DNA of 64,000 nucleotides, from the IMG/VR virus record IMGVR_UViG_3300035182_001709. The stretch is one strand, 5' to 3'. Position numbers and translations under genes: made by a program. The notes beneath the pieces are model-generated. The model was not told where the DNA came from. It did no database searches and worked only from the letters and a program-made list of their open reading frames with translations. The stretch is from a virus. Taxonomy: Duplodnaviria; Heunggongvirae; Uroviricota; Caudoviricetes. This document shows positions 19,541-28,924 of this stretch, piece after piece; positions within the stretch are counted from its first letter, which is position 1, and each line of letters starts with the position of its first letter.

Positions 19541-20827
19541 TCAGCCGGTCTCAAATAGACTGACGTAACGCTGTGCCACACGGTCCCACGTGTTTTCGTC
19601 AATGTAACGCAGCTGACGTTCCACCTGATCATGGCGCGCCAACGGGTTCGAAAACATCCTGTCGAGCGCCTCAGCGAGCGCCTCGGGCGTGTCAGCCTTG
19701 AGGGTGGGCACGTCAGAAAAGTGGTTGACGTTGGTGGTGACCACAGGGGCACACTTCGCCATCGCATAGCGTGCGGCGCCCGAGACGCCGAAGACCTCGT
19801 GAGCGGGGTGCGAGACGTACGGGAAGATGACGGCAGCGTTCGTCCGAATGTATGAGTCCAAGGCGGCATCGCTCTGGTAGCCCCTGATGATCGCCACGTT
19901 ATCGCGGAGGCCCAGGGAATCAACGAGGCGCATCAGCTCATCGTAGTAGACCTGGTGCTCGACGGCGTTGAAGGGCGACTCAGAGAACAGGCCTGTGAAG
20001 AAAACGTCCTCGTATTTCTTCTTGAGTTCCGCGGCAGCTCGAATCGACAGTTCCCAACCTTTATAGCGAAAGCCGAAGCCGAACTGCATGAAGGTGTGAT
20101 CAGACTTGTAGAAGTTCCACAGGCGTTCCTTGGAATCGACGGGCTGGCAACCGTGTGGGATGACAGTGACCTTGCCGGGCACGCCCTTTTCTTCCTTGAG
20201 GACCTTTGCTGCGCCCTCGAGGTGGACGACGATCTCTGGAATCGCGGCCTCAACGATCGTCTTGTCGCGGTGGTGAAAAACGCTGTGCATTGTGACAACG
20301 GGCCGCGTCCACTGCGACAGCCGCGCCATAAAGGGCAGCCACCGGCTGGCATCGGGCCAGATGCCGAACTCGTGTTGAATCCAGACGATATCGGGAGCAT
20401 ACGCCTCGAGCTCGCGCTCCAGATCGGCCAAAGATTCGCCACGCTTCCAACAGGAGACGACCTTCTCGTGAGGAAGCAACACTTCGCCCATCACATGGAC
20501 GGGCCCAGTCGGCTTGTCATTGCGCTCGATGAACAGCTTGAAGTCACCCACGCGGCGGGCGACCGCGGGCCACAGTTGCTCAGAGTAGGTGGCGATGCCG
20601 CAGCGCATCTTCCAGTTGCCGACGAACGCCACGCGCAGGTGTTTGGCAGGCCTGAAGACCTGCCGCGAGACCAGGTGACCGTTGTTGACACGGTAGCCCG
20701 TGATCAATTCTGCGTTGGTCAACCCGTCGAGGCCTTCAGGAACCTCGATGACCGTCAGATTGGGACCGCTGAACCGGTGCGTTGACACCGTAACAATGTG
20801 ATCACCTCGAGCGCCAATCCACCTCAT
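19541..20827 (-). CDS. glycosyltransferase, GT-B fold (GT4-like)
   Basis: 428 aa; C-terminal 'EVFGVSGAARYAMAKCAPVVTT' nucleotide-sugar-binding signature. Confidence 0.7.
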   Translation of the reverse strand: MRWIGARGDHIVTVSTHRFSGPNLTVIEVPEGLDGLTNAELITGYRVNNGHLVSRQVFRPAKHLRVAFVGNWKMRCGIATYSEQLWPAVARRVGDFKLFIERNDKPTGPVHVMGEVLLPHEKVVSCWKRGESLADLERELEAYAPDIVWIQHEFGIWPDASRWLPFMARLSQWTRPVVTMHSVFHHRDKTIVEAAIPEIVVHLEGAAKVLKEEKGVPGKVTVIPHGCQPVDSKERLWNFYKSDHTFMQFGFGFRYKGWELSIRAAAELKKKYEDVFFTGLFSESPFNAVEHQVYYDELMRLVDSLGLRDNVAIIRGYQSDAALDSYIRTNAAVIFPYVSHPAHEVFGVSGAARYAMAKCAPVVTTNVNHFSDVPTLKADTPEALAEALDRMFSNPLARHDQVERQLRYIDENTWDRVAQRYVSLFETG

Positions 20828-21870
20828 TTGACCTCCAGACCATCGATGAAAGATCTCACTGCTGCATCGTATCCATCGGTGGGAGGAACGTACTGCTCAC
20901 CTGAGAGCAACAATTTTCTGAACGCAACGTGAAGGTCTGCCTTGGAGATGGCGTTGAATGGCACCGCTGCAGTGGGTTGAAAGTGCTCGTCCGGCCTCAA
21001 CTTGTCATGGTGGTGAATCGACAGGCATGGAACGTTGGCCATCCTCGACAGAATCGCGCCGTGAAATCTCTGTGAGATGACAGCGCGGTACGAGGAAATC
21101 GTGGCGGTGGCGACCGTCGACAGCGTCGACAGTGTCTTGCCCCTCAGGAACTGGGTACGGCGATTCCGCATGCGACCGATGATCTCAGCCGCAGGCCAGG
21201 CATCGTCCTGATATGGGTTAAGGCAGCAACCGACGAACTCGGGCAACCAGCCGTCCGCGACGATGTCGTCGAGAAACTGCGCAAACTCATTCTTGAACAA
21301 TTCCCAACCCACGTGAGACCAGTGAGGGCCCGTGTGGTCAGGAACCGTCTCCACGTTGGGAAGAACCAACAGGCGTTTCGACGAGGCCCAGGAACTGTTC
21401 TGAACGGCGCGGAAGGAAGGCAGGGTGAAGACCGCATCAGGCAATGAGACCCAAGCGTCAGTAATTCCTAGCTGTTGCTTGATCTGGTCGCCCCTCGCTA
21501 CCGACGAGCGGTGGACAACCAGGCGAGCGCGCTTGAGCAGCTCATGGTGACCGTGGTGAATGCTGGTCTCAAGGCCGACGGAGACATAAGCCAGCGGCAT
21601 ATATGCCATGTCGATGCTGGGATCAATGTCGGGCGGACCGTCCAGCAGCGAGCCTCCACCGATGATGAGGCCGTGCAGGCCCGCAGCGGTCCGCGGGGTT
21701 AACGTGCCCGACAGCGGAACAGGTTCGGCACCGGCGGCCTGGATCTGGTTGCAGATAGCAGCGCGGAGCAACTCGTCACCGACGTTGCCCCGCCCGATCC
21801 ATCCCAGGACGCCGACCCTCAGGGCGCGGTGATGCTCCACTTGACCGTCCTCGGGTATGCCACACGCCAC
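20824..21870 (-). CDS. polysaccharide pyruvyl transferase family protein
   Basis: N-terminal 'GWIGRGNVGDELL'; 4-nt overlap with GT gene. Confidence 0.55.
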   Translation of the reverse strand: MACGIPEDGQVEHHRALRVGVLGWIGRGNVGDELLRAAICNQIQAAGAEPVPLSGTLTPRTAAGLHGLIIGGGSLLDGPPDIDPSIDMAYMPLAYVSVGLETSIHHGHHELLKRARLVVHRSSVARGDQIKQQLGITDAWVSLPDAVFTLPSFRAVQNSSWASSKRLLVLPNVETVPDHTGPHWSHVGWELFKNEFAQFLDDIVADGWLPEFVGCCLNPYQDDAWPAAEIIGRMRNRRTQFLRGKTLSTLSTVATATISSYRAVISQRFHGAILSRMANVPCLSIHHHDKLRPDEHFQPTAAVPFNAISKADLHVAFRKLLLSGEQYVPPTDGYDAAVRSFIDGLEVK

Positions 21871-22199
21871 TTGATCCGCAGGACCAGGATGTCCTTCTGA
21901 TCGTGGTGCGGGTGGTGGCTATGGTGCTCGTGTGAGTGACACGGGCGAACGACAACCTCCCAGTCGAGCCAGTCATCGTCTGACCCGTCGGGATTGCAGG
22001 GGTAACAGCCTTCTTCAATCGGGCCGAGGTCCACCTTGATGTGTTGTTCAGGGTGGTGATAGACACCGCGAGAACGAATCAGGTCATCCTCAATGTCAAC
22101 CTCGCCGGTGCCGACCGCGAGAACCTCTCCTCTGACTGTAGTCCTCATGATGACCCTACCTTTTGAACCCATGGAGATGATAAGTATCGTCCTTCTTCC

Positions 22200-22694
22200 T
22201 CAGGGAGAGGTCAGGTGCCGCGAACGAACGTACAACCTTTGTTGCGCCCTGGCGCCGTTGCGGTACTGTTGCAGGTCTTCCATCATGACGGAAAACATCT
22301 CGACTGTGCAGTCGTTGTCCTCGAGGGCGCGCTGAAAGGCCTCGGCGACCTCACCGTCCTCAAAGATGCCGATGATCCCATCGAATGCGCCCTCGATGGC
22401 GTCCTTTGCCTCCTTCAGGCCGCAACCCGTGTACTCACGGATGATCTTGATGGAAGCGATCTTCTTTGCAGGGTCGAAGTTCGTCAGCCTGACGATACAC
22501 GGGGTCTGGCCCAGGTTGAACATCCGCGAGATGGCCATGCCGGTGAACTTGAACCACTCGGCGATTTTGATAAGCTCCACGTCATCGGCGAAGGTGATCC
22601 AACGTCCGTCTTCTTCTGAGCCGACTGAAAACGAAATGCGCAGGCGTGTGGAACGTGGGCGGTGCTCGCCCGACTGCAGGTCATTGTCGTTCAT
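22200..22694 (-). CDS. protein with ribosomal bL12 (L7/L12) C-terminal-domain-like region
   Basis: 'ASIKIIREYTGCGLKEAKDAIEGA...FEDG..EVAEAFQRALEDNDCTVE' aligns by eye to the bL12 CTD. Confidence 0.5.
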   Translation of the reverse strand: MNDNDLQSGEHRPRSTRLRISFSVGSEEDGRWITFADDVELIKIAEWFKFTGMAISRMFNLGQTPCIVRLTNFDPAKKIASIKIIREYTGCGLKEAKDAIEGAFDGIIGIFEDGEVAEAFQRALEDNDCTVEMFSVMMEDLQQYRNGARAQQRLYVRSRHLTSP

Positions 22695-23282
22695 TTCAAA
22701 ATAATACCTCAGGTTGATGTCAATATTCACTGCAGCGCGTCTCAGTGACCAACACAGCATCTCGTGTATAAAGATGAGTTCCATGGGGAACCATCTTTGA
22801 GCTTCTCTTGCAACTTAATGCCGCTAAGCGCGATGGGGCCGATGGCGATGCATTATGCCTCATCTTCGTACTCACCGAAGCCCTCTAGGTCATAGAGGCC
22901 GTCGTTGCCATTGATGCGTTTGCCCTTAACATCAAATGGATGTAGGACGAAAGTGCAGATGGACGCGGCGCAGGTAGAGTACAACAGGCCTGAACATACG
23001 AATTTATCACCGCGCAGTTAGGTGACCAATCAATCGACTTTTCGACTAATTTCCGAGGGTCTCTCACGAGGGTTGGCGCCATGGGATGCATGGGCTTGCC
23101 CTTATAGGTGTACAAGACCCTAAGCGCGTCAATACGGACCGGTCATCCACGTGAATAGCTCAACTGAGCCTTTCACTGCGAATACGTCTCTCATCGGGCA
23201 GGCCAGTGAGTGAGCGCAGTCCTTGATGATTCCATGAAACCCGCGTGCCCACCATCATATCACCGCGCGAGATGGTGAACTT

Positions 23283-23567
23283 TCATCGACCCCGCGAGCC
23301 GGATCCCATGACGTAGAGCATCGAACCCGTCAGCAGGCCATTTTCGACCGCGATGATGGCAGGAGGGGTCTCAGGATCGCGGGACCACGAGGCCGAGACG
23401 AAATCGCGGCCGCGATGAGTCACAGAACCTGAGGGAATGGCACCTTCAGGGATGCCCAACCTGAGGCCCTGCAGCTTCCAGGGCACCGTCAGTAGAGAGC
23501 CCGACAGAACACAAGGTGGGTTCCAGCAGCCGTTCCAGAGCAGATGATGTACCACGGGAAAAGACAT
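23283..23567 (-). CDS. hypothetical protein (94 aa)
   Basis: ORF 50 nt downstream of 23617..23958. Confidence 0.35.
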   Translation of the reverse strand: MSFPVVHHLLWNGCWNPPCVLSGSLLTVPWKLQGLRLGIPEGAIPSGSVTHRGRDFVSASWSRDPETPPAIIAVENGLLTGSMLYVMGSGSRGR

Positions 23568-23616
23568 GCCTCTAAGTATGGCCCGACCACATGATCAAGA
23601 AGCGCTCGTCTCATCG

Positions 23617-23958
23617 TCATTCTGCGGCCTTGACGGTGCTGCGCAGCTCGCGGTCTGCATCACAGGCGAGCTCGCGTGTAAAGTGGTCGGCCTGATCCAA
23701 CAGTGCCTCAACCGCGAACCAAAGATCCAACGAGTCTCGCGATTCGCAGAGGCTAAGTAGCTGGCCTGCATACCACTCGAGGGTCTCGCGGGATCCCTCT
23801 GCCAGCTTGCGGCCCACATGGGCTCCAGGAGTGAAGCCCAGGGTCCGCAGGGAGTAGGCGGCTAGGTCACGGGCCTCGGGCCCGTGGAGACTTAACAGCG
23901 AACACGTTAGGAGGACGTCGGTCCTGAGGAGCTGCTCTTCACGGGTGTGGTTGACCAT
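23617..23958 (-). CDS. hypothetical protein (113 aa); first gene carrying the upstream promoter cassette
   Basis: ORF; GTGAAACTGTGCACC ... GGGATACAC ... ATG upstream. Confidence 0.45.
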   Translation of the reverse strand: MVNHTREEQLLRTDVLLTCSLLSLHGPEARDLAAYSLRTLGFTPGAHVGRKLAEGSRETLEWYAGQLLSLCESRDSLDLWFAVEALLDQADHFTRELACDADRELRSTVKAAE

Positions 23959-24288
23959 GTTTCATGTGTATCCCATGTTGGTGCACAGTTTCACAGGAGG
24001 GCACTTGAATTTTCTCGAAAAATCCCGCGTGAAATTTGCGCACAGTGGGCCCAGAGGGAAAGGCAGTTCGATCGGGAAATTGCCTGCGTCGTATGTGATG
24101 CCTTAGCGCGGGAGGCCTCCCGAGAAGGCCCCACAAAGGCTGCCAGAAGGGGCGGGGCCCCGCCCCCTATTTAGGGGGCCATTTAGGGGGTCCCGAAGGG
24201 GCCCTTTTAGGGGGCTGAAATAGGGGGCCCTGATGGCCCCGTTGAAGAGCCCCTCTCGCGGGTGGGGCCGGCGCCCCCCCCCACGTCA

Positions 24289-24471
24289 CTAGATCATCTC
24301 CACGTTGTGGCGGACAGCGAACCATGTCGTACATGACGGTGTCGGTCCCCGGTGCCGCGTGTAGTGACCCTCCGTCAGGAAGACTTCCTCATCGCGATGG
24401 CAGCGGCACGTCGCGGTTCGCTGAGGCACTACGACAGTGACCGGAAGAGGTGTGGTTGTCTCCGTCGTCAT
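24289..24471 (-). CDS. small Cys-rich protein, paralog of 24924..25202 (shared RDEEVFLTEGH...NVE)
   Basis: ORF. Confidence 0.45.
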   Translation of the reverse strand: MTTETTTPLPVTVVVPQRTATCRCHRDEEVFLTEGHYTRHRGPTPSCTTWFAVRHNVEMI

Positions 24472-24923
24472 CTGTAATTGCTACTCGCAGGAAGAATTGT
24501 CTACTGCTGAACGAGCGTGGCAGCTCGAGACCGGATGCTTCGAGCTCGCAATGGCTTCACGGGCACCGCGGCTCCTACGAGGCGACCGTCACTGCCGGGC
24601 GAAAGGGTGGCGACCCTCTGACTGCCATGATGAAGAGCACGTCTCCGCTCGCCGGCCTGTCGCCCGAAGAACGGAGAGAGTACTTCCGAGCCGCCGGCGG
24701 GGCGCGGCAAAGAGCAGGCAACACACCTGAGTCGTGCTCAGTCATTGAAGACGACGATGTAAAAGCGGCAGCAACTCCCCGCCTCTCGCGCTGACCGCGA
24801 CGGCGGACCCTCAGGGTCGACTGGAACTCGGGTACATCATCTGCTGCTGGGCGGCTTCCATGATCTCTATCCAGACACCCCAAATCAGTCGGGAGACTTG
24901 CGCGGTCTTCGGCGCACCCTGCG

Positions 24924-25202
24924 TCACCAGTTCTCCACGTTGTAGCGGACAGAGGAGACCAGCCGCTCGCCGCCCAGCGGACCAACGCGGACCAGGTCGT
25001 ACGTGACCACGTCGGCCCCTCGGCGCCGCGTGGAGTGGAACGCCTTGGCCGCCGACTTAGCCTCGGCCTCCGTGGCGTGGCCCTCCGTCAGGAAGACTTC
25101 CTCATCGCGGCAGCAGTCCTCCTCGTGGCCGCAGCACGGGCAGCAGAGGCACTCGTAGTAGCCCTTGACCTTGTACGTGACCGGCTTGGTGTTCTTGCTC
25201 AT
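24924..25202 (-). CDS. small Cys-rich protein (CLCCPCCGHEEDCC), leaderless start
   Basis: cassette 25203..25238 directly upstream of ATG. Confidence 0.5.
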   Translation of the reverse strand: MSKNTKPVTYKVKGYYECLCCPCCGHEEDCCRDEEVFLTEGHATEAEAKSAAKAFHSTRRRGADVVTYDLVRVGPLGGERLVSSVRYNVENW

Positions 25203-25238
25203 GATCCAGTTATATCCGGTTCGCTGTTGAAGATTCAC
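25203..25238 (-). promoter_or_regulatory. promoter cassette: box A GTGAATCTTCAAC - CGAAC - TATAAC-like -10 - ATG (leaderless)
   Basis: about 22 near-identical copies between 23.96 and 38.9 kb. Confidence 0.6.
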
Positions 25239-25882
25239 CGAGCCTCCAGGTGCCGCGGGTCGATCCAGTCGCCCTGGGCATTGCGGTCCCGCCAGCTGGC
25301 GTCCGGCTTCAGCAGCACGCGGCCGCTGTGGTGGATGTAGGCGATGGTGCCCAGCGTCCCGGGCTTCACCTTGCTGCCGCTCTTGACCCGCATCTGCTTG
25401 CCCACCTCGGGGCGGTCACGGGCTTCCTTCAGCCTGCGGGCCTGCTCTTCTGCTTCCCGCTTCGCCTGCTTCTCAGCGGCTTCCTTGGCGTTCTGTTCCT
25501 GGATCGCGGTCCATGCCTCCAGGTCCTGGAACAGTTCCGGGATCGCCAGCGCGATGTAGTCGACCGAGGGCTCGCGGTGGGGCAAGCCACGCCAGGTGAA
25601 GATGTTGGTGCAGTCGACCCAGGCGAACCGGTCGGCGGGAGCGAGCTGCACCACAGGATTGGTCTCGGACTCGGGCAGCCCGGATATCGTTGTTTGCTCC
25701 CGCCCGAGCCAGACCAGCGCCTCCGTGACGGTGCAGCTGCGGAAGTCCGTGTAGTCGAGCGTGTCCGAGAAGTTCCGGATGGCCACGTAGCTGCGAACCT
25801 TGACAACACGCCCGAGGTGGGTAATCTCAGACCGCTCGACGTTGCCGGTGTTCGGATTGGCGTAGGTCTCGATGATCGGCAT
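25235..25882 (-). CDS. hypothetical protein (215 aa)
   Basis: ORF with cassette at 25883..25922. Confidence 0.55.
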   Translation of the reverse strand: MPIIETYANPNTGNVERSEITHLGRVVKVRSYVAIRNFSDTLDYTDFRSCTVTEALVWLGREQTTISGLPESETNPVVQLAPADRFAWVDCTNIFTWRGLPHREPSVDYIALAIPELFQDLEAWTAIQEQNAKEAAEKQAKREAEEQARRLKEARDRPEVGKQMRVKSGSKVKPGTLGTIAYIHHSGRVLLKPDASWRDRNAQGDWIDPRHLEAR

Positions 25883-26523
25883 GAGTCTAGTCTACCACGA
25901 TCGCCCCGCACATTGCACAGATTTCCGCGACAATTCTCCAGAGGACCGTGAAGCCGACACCTCCCGTGAGGCAGCCTCGCAGTCGGAGTTCGGACCCGTC
26001 ACGGGAGGCGAACCCGGGAAAGAAGCATAGACGTCGATCGTCCCGCCGCGGTGCCTGAAGTGGCGACTTCCATGATCGTCGCACCTTCTCATTGCCTCGC
26101 GGCGTATCTCCAGATACGGATCTCTGTCTCTATCTCTGTCTCTGCCCAGCTGACGTTGTGGACCGTGGACCAAGCACACATTGACCGTAAGGGTCACCCG
26201 GACGTTCTTAGAGTCCGCGCCACGATGGAGGCAGTCTTCTTAACAGCGGGCTTCTTGACCGTGTTTAGATCATGTCTCACGCCGCCCGTGGAGATTCACA
26301 GTCAGTCTGCGTTCCATTGTCCCGTCTTTACCATGTGCTTGACCAGCGAGCCGAGCTTCGTCTGCGGCTTCTCGTTCAAGACAAGAAAGGCATAGATGAT
26401 CAGAACGCAGGCTCCCGCTGCAAGCAATCGCTTACTATCGTCCGTCATTGGGCCTTGAAGAAGTCATCGACTGAGCAACCGTGGCTCTCAGCCCGCAATG
26501 CTGCCACTGCGGGCGCTCTGGCT

Positions 26524-26778
26524 CTAAGGCTCGTGGTGCGTCTGCACCGTCTTGATGTTGACGGTGACCTTCCCGCTCTCGCCCAAGGCAGTGAAGACGC
26601 GCTTGAGGCGGTCGCTCTCCTCGTCGGTGTCGAACTCGCGGTTGACGTCGATGTCATCGTCGTTGAGCGTGAAGGGGATGTTGTACTCGTTGCACAGGAT
26701 CTGTAGGGCCCGAGCGAAGGAGGTCTTGCCCGAGGCGCAGGGTCCGGAGATGACGATGTTGAGGGTCCTGTTCTTCAT
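26524..26778 (-). CDS. mini P-loop NTPase (84 aa, Walker A ISGPCASGKTS)
   Basis: ORF with cassette upstream (GTGAACACTAACC...TGATAGGATAGAG). Confidence 0.5.
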   Translation of the reverse strand: MKNRTLNIVISGPCASGKTSFARALQILCNEYNIPFTLNDDDIDVNREFDTDEESDRLKRVFTALGESGKVTVNIKTVQTHHEP

Positions 26779-27523
26779 GGCTTTACTCTATCCTATCATG
26801 TCGCAGGGTTAGTGTTCACTCAGCAACGTGCGATTCACGCTTGAAGTGGTACCACCACGTGGACCCAAGCACGATGACCGTGACCAGGTCCCAACCCTGG
26901 TCACCCTTTTCTTTCAGGAAGATCTCGAGCTTGCCATGAGGCAACTCGAGAGGACTCAGACGCATGACATTGTATTCGAAAGTCTTCACGAGCTTGTCCT
27001 GTCTTGAGGGTCAGACGGGTTCACTTCATCATGAAGAAGATGAAGACGCTGCTGCTCACGATGAGCAGATTCATCACGATGAAAAAGATCGTGACCTCGC
27101 GCCAATCGACGTTGCCCAGGAAGGGAGTGCGACCTTTGTTGAACATGATCTTACTGTACCACTCAAGTCAGAGGGAGTTCACAGAGGATTCATCACAACA
27201 TGTCGGGGTTCCGCTGATGATCCTATGTCCGCCTCAGGTCACAGTCGAGGCTCGGGCAGCTCTCTCTCTCCAAGTCCGTGATCCGCTGCAGTGCAATCGC
27301 AAACTGAGATTCCAGCTCTGTGACCCGGGATTCCAAGGACTTTCTCCTGCTCGCGGTCTTGAGCCTGTGCTACGTGCCCGTGAACCGGGCAGTCTGGTTC
27401 TTCCGCGATGAAGGGCCCGCGAGGCGGCGGTCCTGAGCACGTCCCTGCTTTCCATCATAAAGTCGCATCCCTCCGGCGACTCGCATGATATCGAGCTTCC
27501 TGTGTCGCGCGCTACCTCACACA

Positions 27524-27766
27524 TCAACGCCCAGACGGGCGCGGGTTGGCGAGGCACTCGATGTCTCCACAGGTACAGTCCCAATGGACGAACTGCATGC
27601 CCTTGATGTAGTGCCGCGTGCCCTTGCTGCGGTTGTTCTGCGAGTGCTTCACCGCCTCTTCCCAGCGGATGTGCCGCATGCGGGACTGCGGGAGGAAGAC
27701 ACCACCGTTGGCCTTGAAGCCACTGTCGCGGCGGATCTTGTTGCTGACACGTTCGTAGATCCTCAT
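27524..27766 (-). CDS. hypothetical small protein (80 aa)
   Basis: ORF plus cassette 27767..27807. Confidence 0.5.
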   Translation of the reverse strand: MRIYERVSNKIRRDSGFKANGGVFLPQSRMRHIRWEEAVKHSQNNRSKGTRHYIKGMQFVHWDCTCGDIECLANPRPSGR

Positions 27767-27807
27767 GTCTCTACTCTACCCCGATCGCAGTTGAAGATTC
27801 ACCGGGA
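27767..27807 (-). promoter_or_regulatory. promoter cassette GTGAATCTTCAAC-TGCGATC-GGGGTAGAGTAG-agac-ATG
   Basis: repeat family. Confidence 0.6.
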
Positions 27808-27844
27808 CTGAGTCACCCGGTTGAACTGTGGAACAAGGTTCATC

Positions 27845-28099
27845 TCAGTTATCGACGCGGGAGCTCAAGTAGCGGACGATTCGCTGGTACCCGTCGACCA
27901 TGCCGGTATCCGCGTCCAGGATCAGGTCGGCCAGGAAGGGATCGTGCTCGCGGAGGGCGTTCAGCATCTGGGCATAGCGATCGTCCTGCGCGGCAGCCGT
28001 AAGCTGGTCGGCCATGACGCTATGCGACGCCAACAGCTGCGTGATCGCGGTGTTGAACTCCTGTTTCGACAAGGCGGGCTTCTTGGGCTTGCTCATCAT
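27845..28099 (-). CDS. hypothetical small protein (84 aa)
   Basis: ORF plus cassette variant. Confidence 0.5.
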   Translation of the reverse strand: MMSKPKKPALSKQEFNTAITQLLASHSVMADQLTAAAQDDRYAQMLNALREHDPFLADLILDADTGMVDGYQRIVRYLSSRVDN

Positions 28100-28120
28100 G
28101 GGTTAATCCTATGCTCAGAG

Positions 28121-28351
28121 CTAGGGCTTTTTCACTGTGGCACGGCAGAGGTTTCTGGTGTCCGCGGACTTGATGAACTCACACCAGCTCGGGTCCTTCT
28201 TGGTTGTCGCCAGGCAGAAGTTCCGCCCGTCGGGATCCTTGATGAACTCGCAGTTGCTCGTTGCGGCCCGCGCCGTCATCAAGAAGAGCAACACTGTCAG
28301 CCCAATCAAGGCTGCGAAGACCAGCATCAGGAACTTCTCACGGGGCATCAA
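28121..28351 (-). CDS. secreted or membrane small protein with internal repeat (CEFIKDPDGRNFCLATTKKDP / CEFIKSADTRNLCRATVKKP)
   Basis: signal-peptide-like N-terminus. Confidence 0.5.
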   Translation of the reverse strand: MMPREKFLMLVFAALIGLTVLLFLMTARAATSNCEFIKDPDGRNFCLATTKKDPSWCEFIKSADTRNLCRATVKKP

Positions 28352-28656
28352 AATATTCTTTGATATTGTAGAATGGTTCTACACCACCTAAGCACTCGGG
28401 ACCAGTCTTGAAACTGGCGCCTCTGATCTGGTCCCCCACCCAGGAGTCGAACCTAGTCGATTCACCGTCAACCCTGGAGGGCGCCGCTACCCGCGAGCCT
28501 TTTTGACGATGTGGGAGAGAGTTGAAGGGAAAGTTTTTTACGAGCGTTGCATCCCAATTGCTCGAATTGAAGTGGTCTCTTTTTGATTCGGCTGGGAGAC
28601 CGTGACCAGCCAGTGAGTCTACTCTATCCAAATCGTGGTGGAGAGTTCACTGTCTC
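28352..28656 (-). ncRNA. noncoding segment downstream of a cassette promoter, containing a tRNA 3' half (T-arm CTAGG-TTCGACT-CCTGG, acceptor strand, discriminator, CCA) and a following hairpin
   Basis: no ORF; T-arm nearly identical to that of tRNA 13972..14053. Confidence 0.35.
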
Positions 28657-28884
28657 TCAACCGTACTTCTTCAGCTCTGCCAGAGCCCACCGCTTCAGCT
28701 CGGGCTCGAAGCGCTCCACCCGCGAGCGCGTCTCAGGATCCAGGTCAGGGTCCTCCGCCAGTGCGAAGAAAATGCTCTCGAGGTGATCCACCGCGCCCTC
28801 ACCGTCCTGCGAGCCACAGTCACTCGCGAGCCCTTCCCACGCCGCCGCGACCGCACACTTGAAGTCTCGTTCGGTGATTGCCAT
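28657..28884 (-). CDS. hypothetical small protein (75 aa)
   Basis: ORF plus cassette 28885..28924. Confidence 0.55.
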   Translation of the reverse strand: MAITERDFKCAVAAAWEGLASDCGSQDGEGAVDHLESIFFALAEDPDLDPETRSRVERFEPELKRWALAELKKYG

Positions 28885-28924
28885 GAATCTATCCTACCCT
28901 GTTCAGAGGCGAAGGTTCACTGCG
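28885..28924 (-). promoter_or_regulatory. promoter cassette GTGAACCTTCGCC-TCTGAAC-AGGGTAGGATAG-attc-ATG
   Basis: repeat family. Confidence 0.6.

Noticed and set aside
24437-24985. ORFs 24437..24730(+), 24450..24794(+), 24575..24985(-).
   Set aside because: They mutually overlap with compositionally biased products. No cassette or RBS supports any of them. The real gene content of this 450-bp stretch is unresolved.
26121-26144. Tandem hexamer repeat (TCTCTG/TCTCTA)x4.
   Set aside because: It is short and lies inside a poorly defined low-confidence region. It has no obvious function and is likely a simple slippage repeat.
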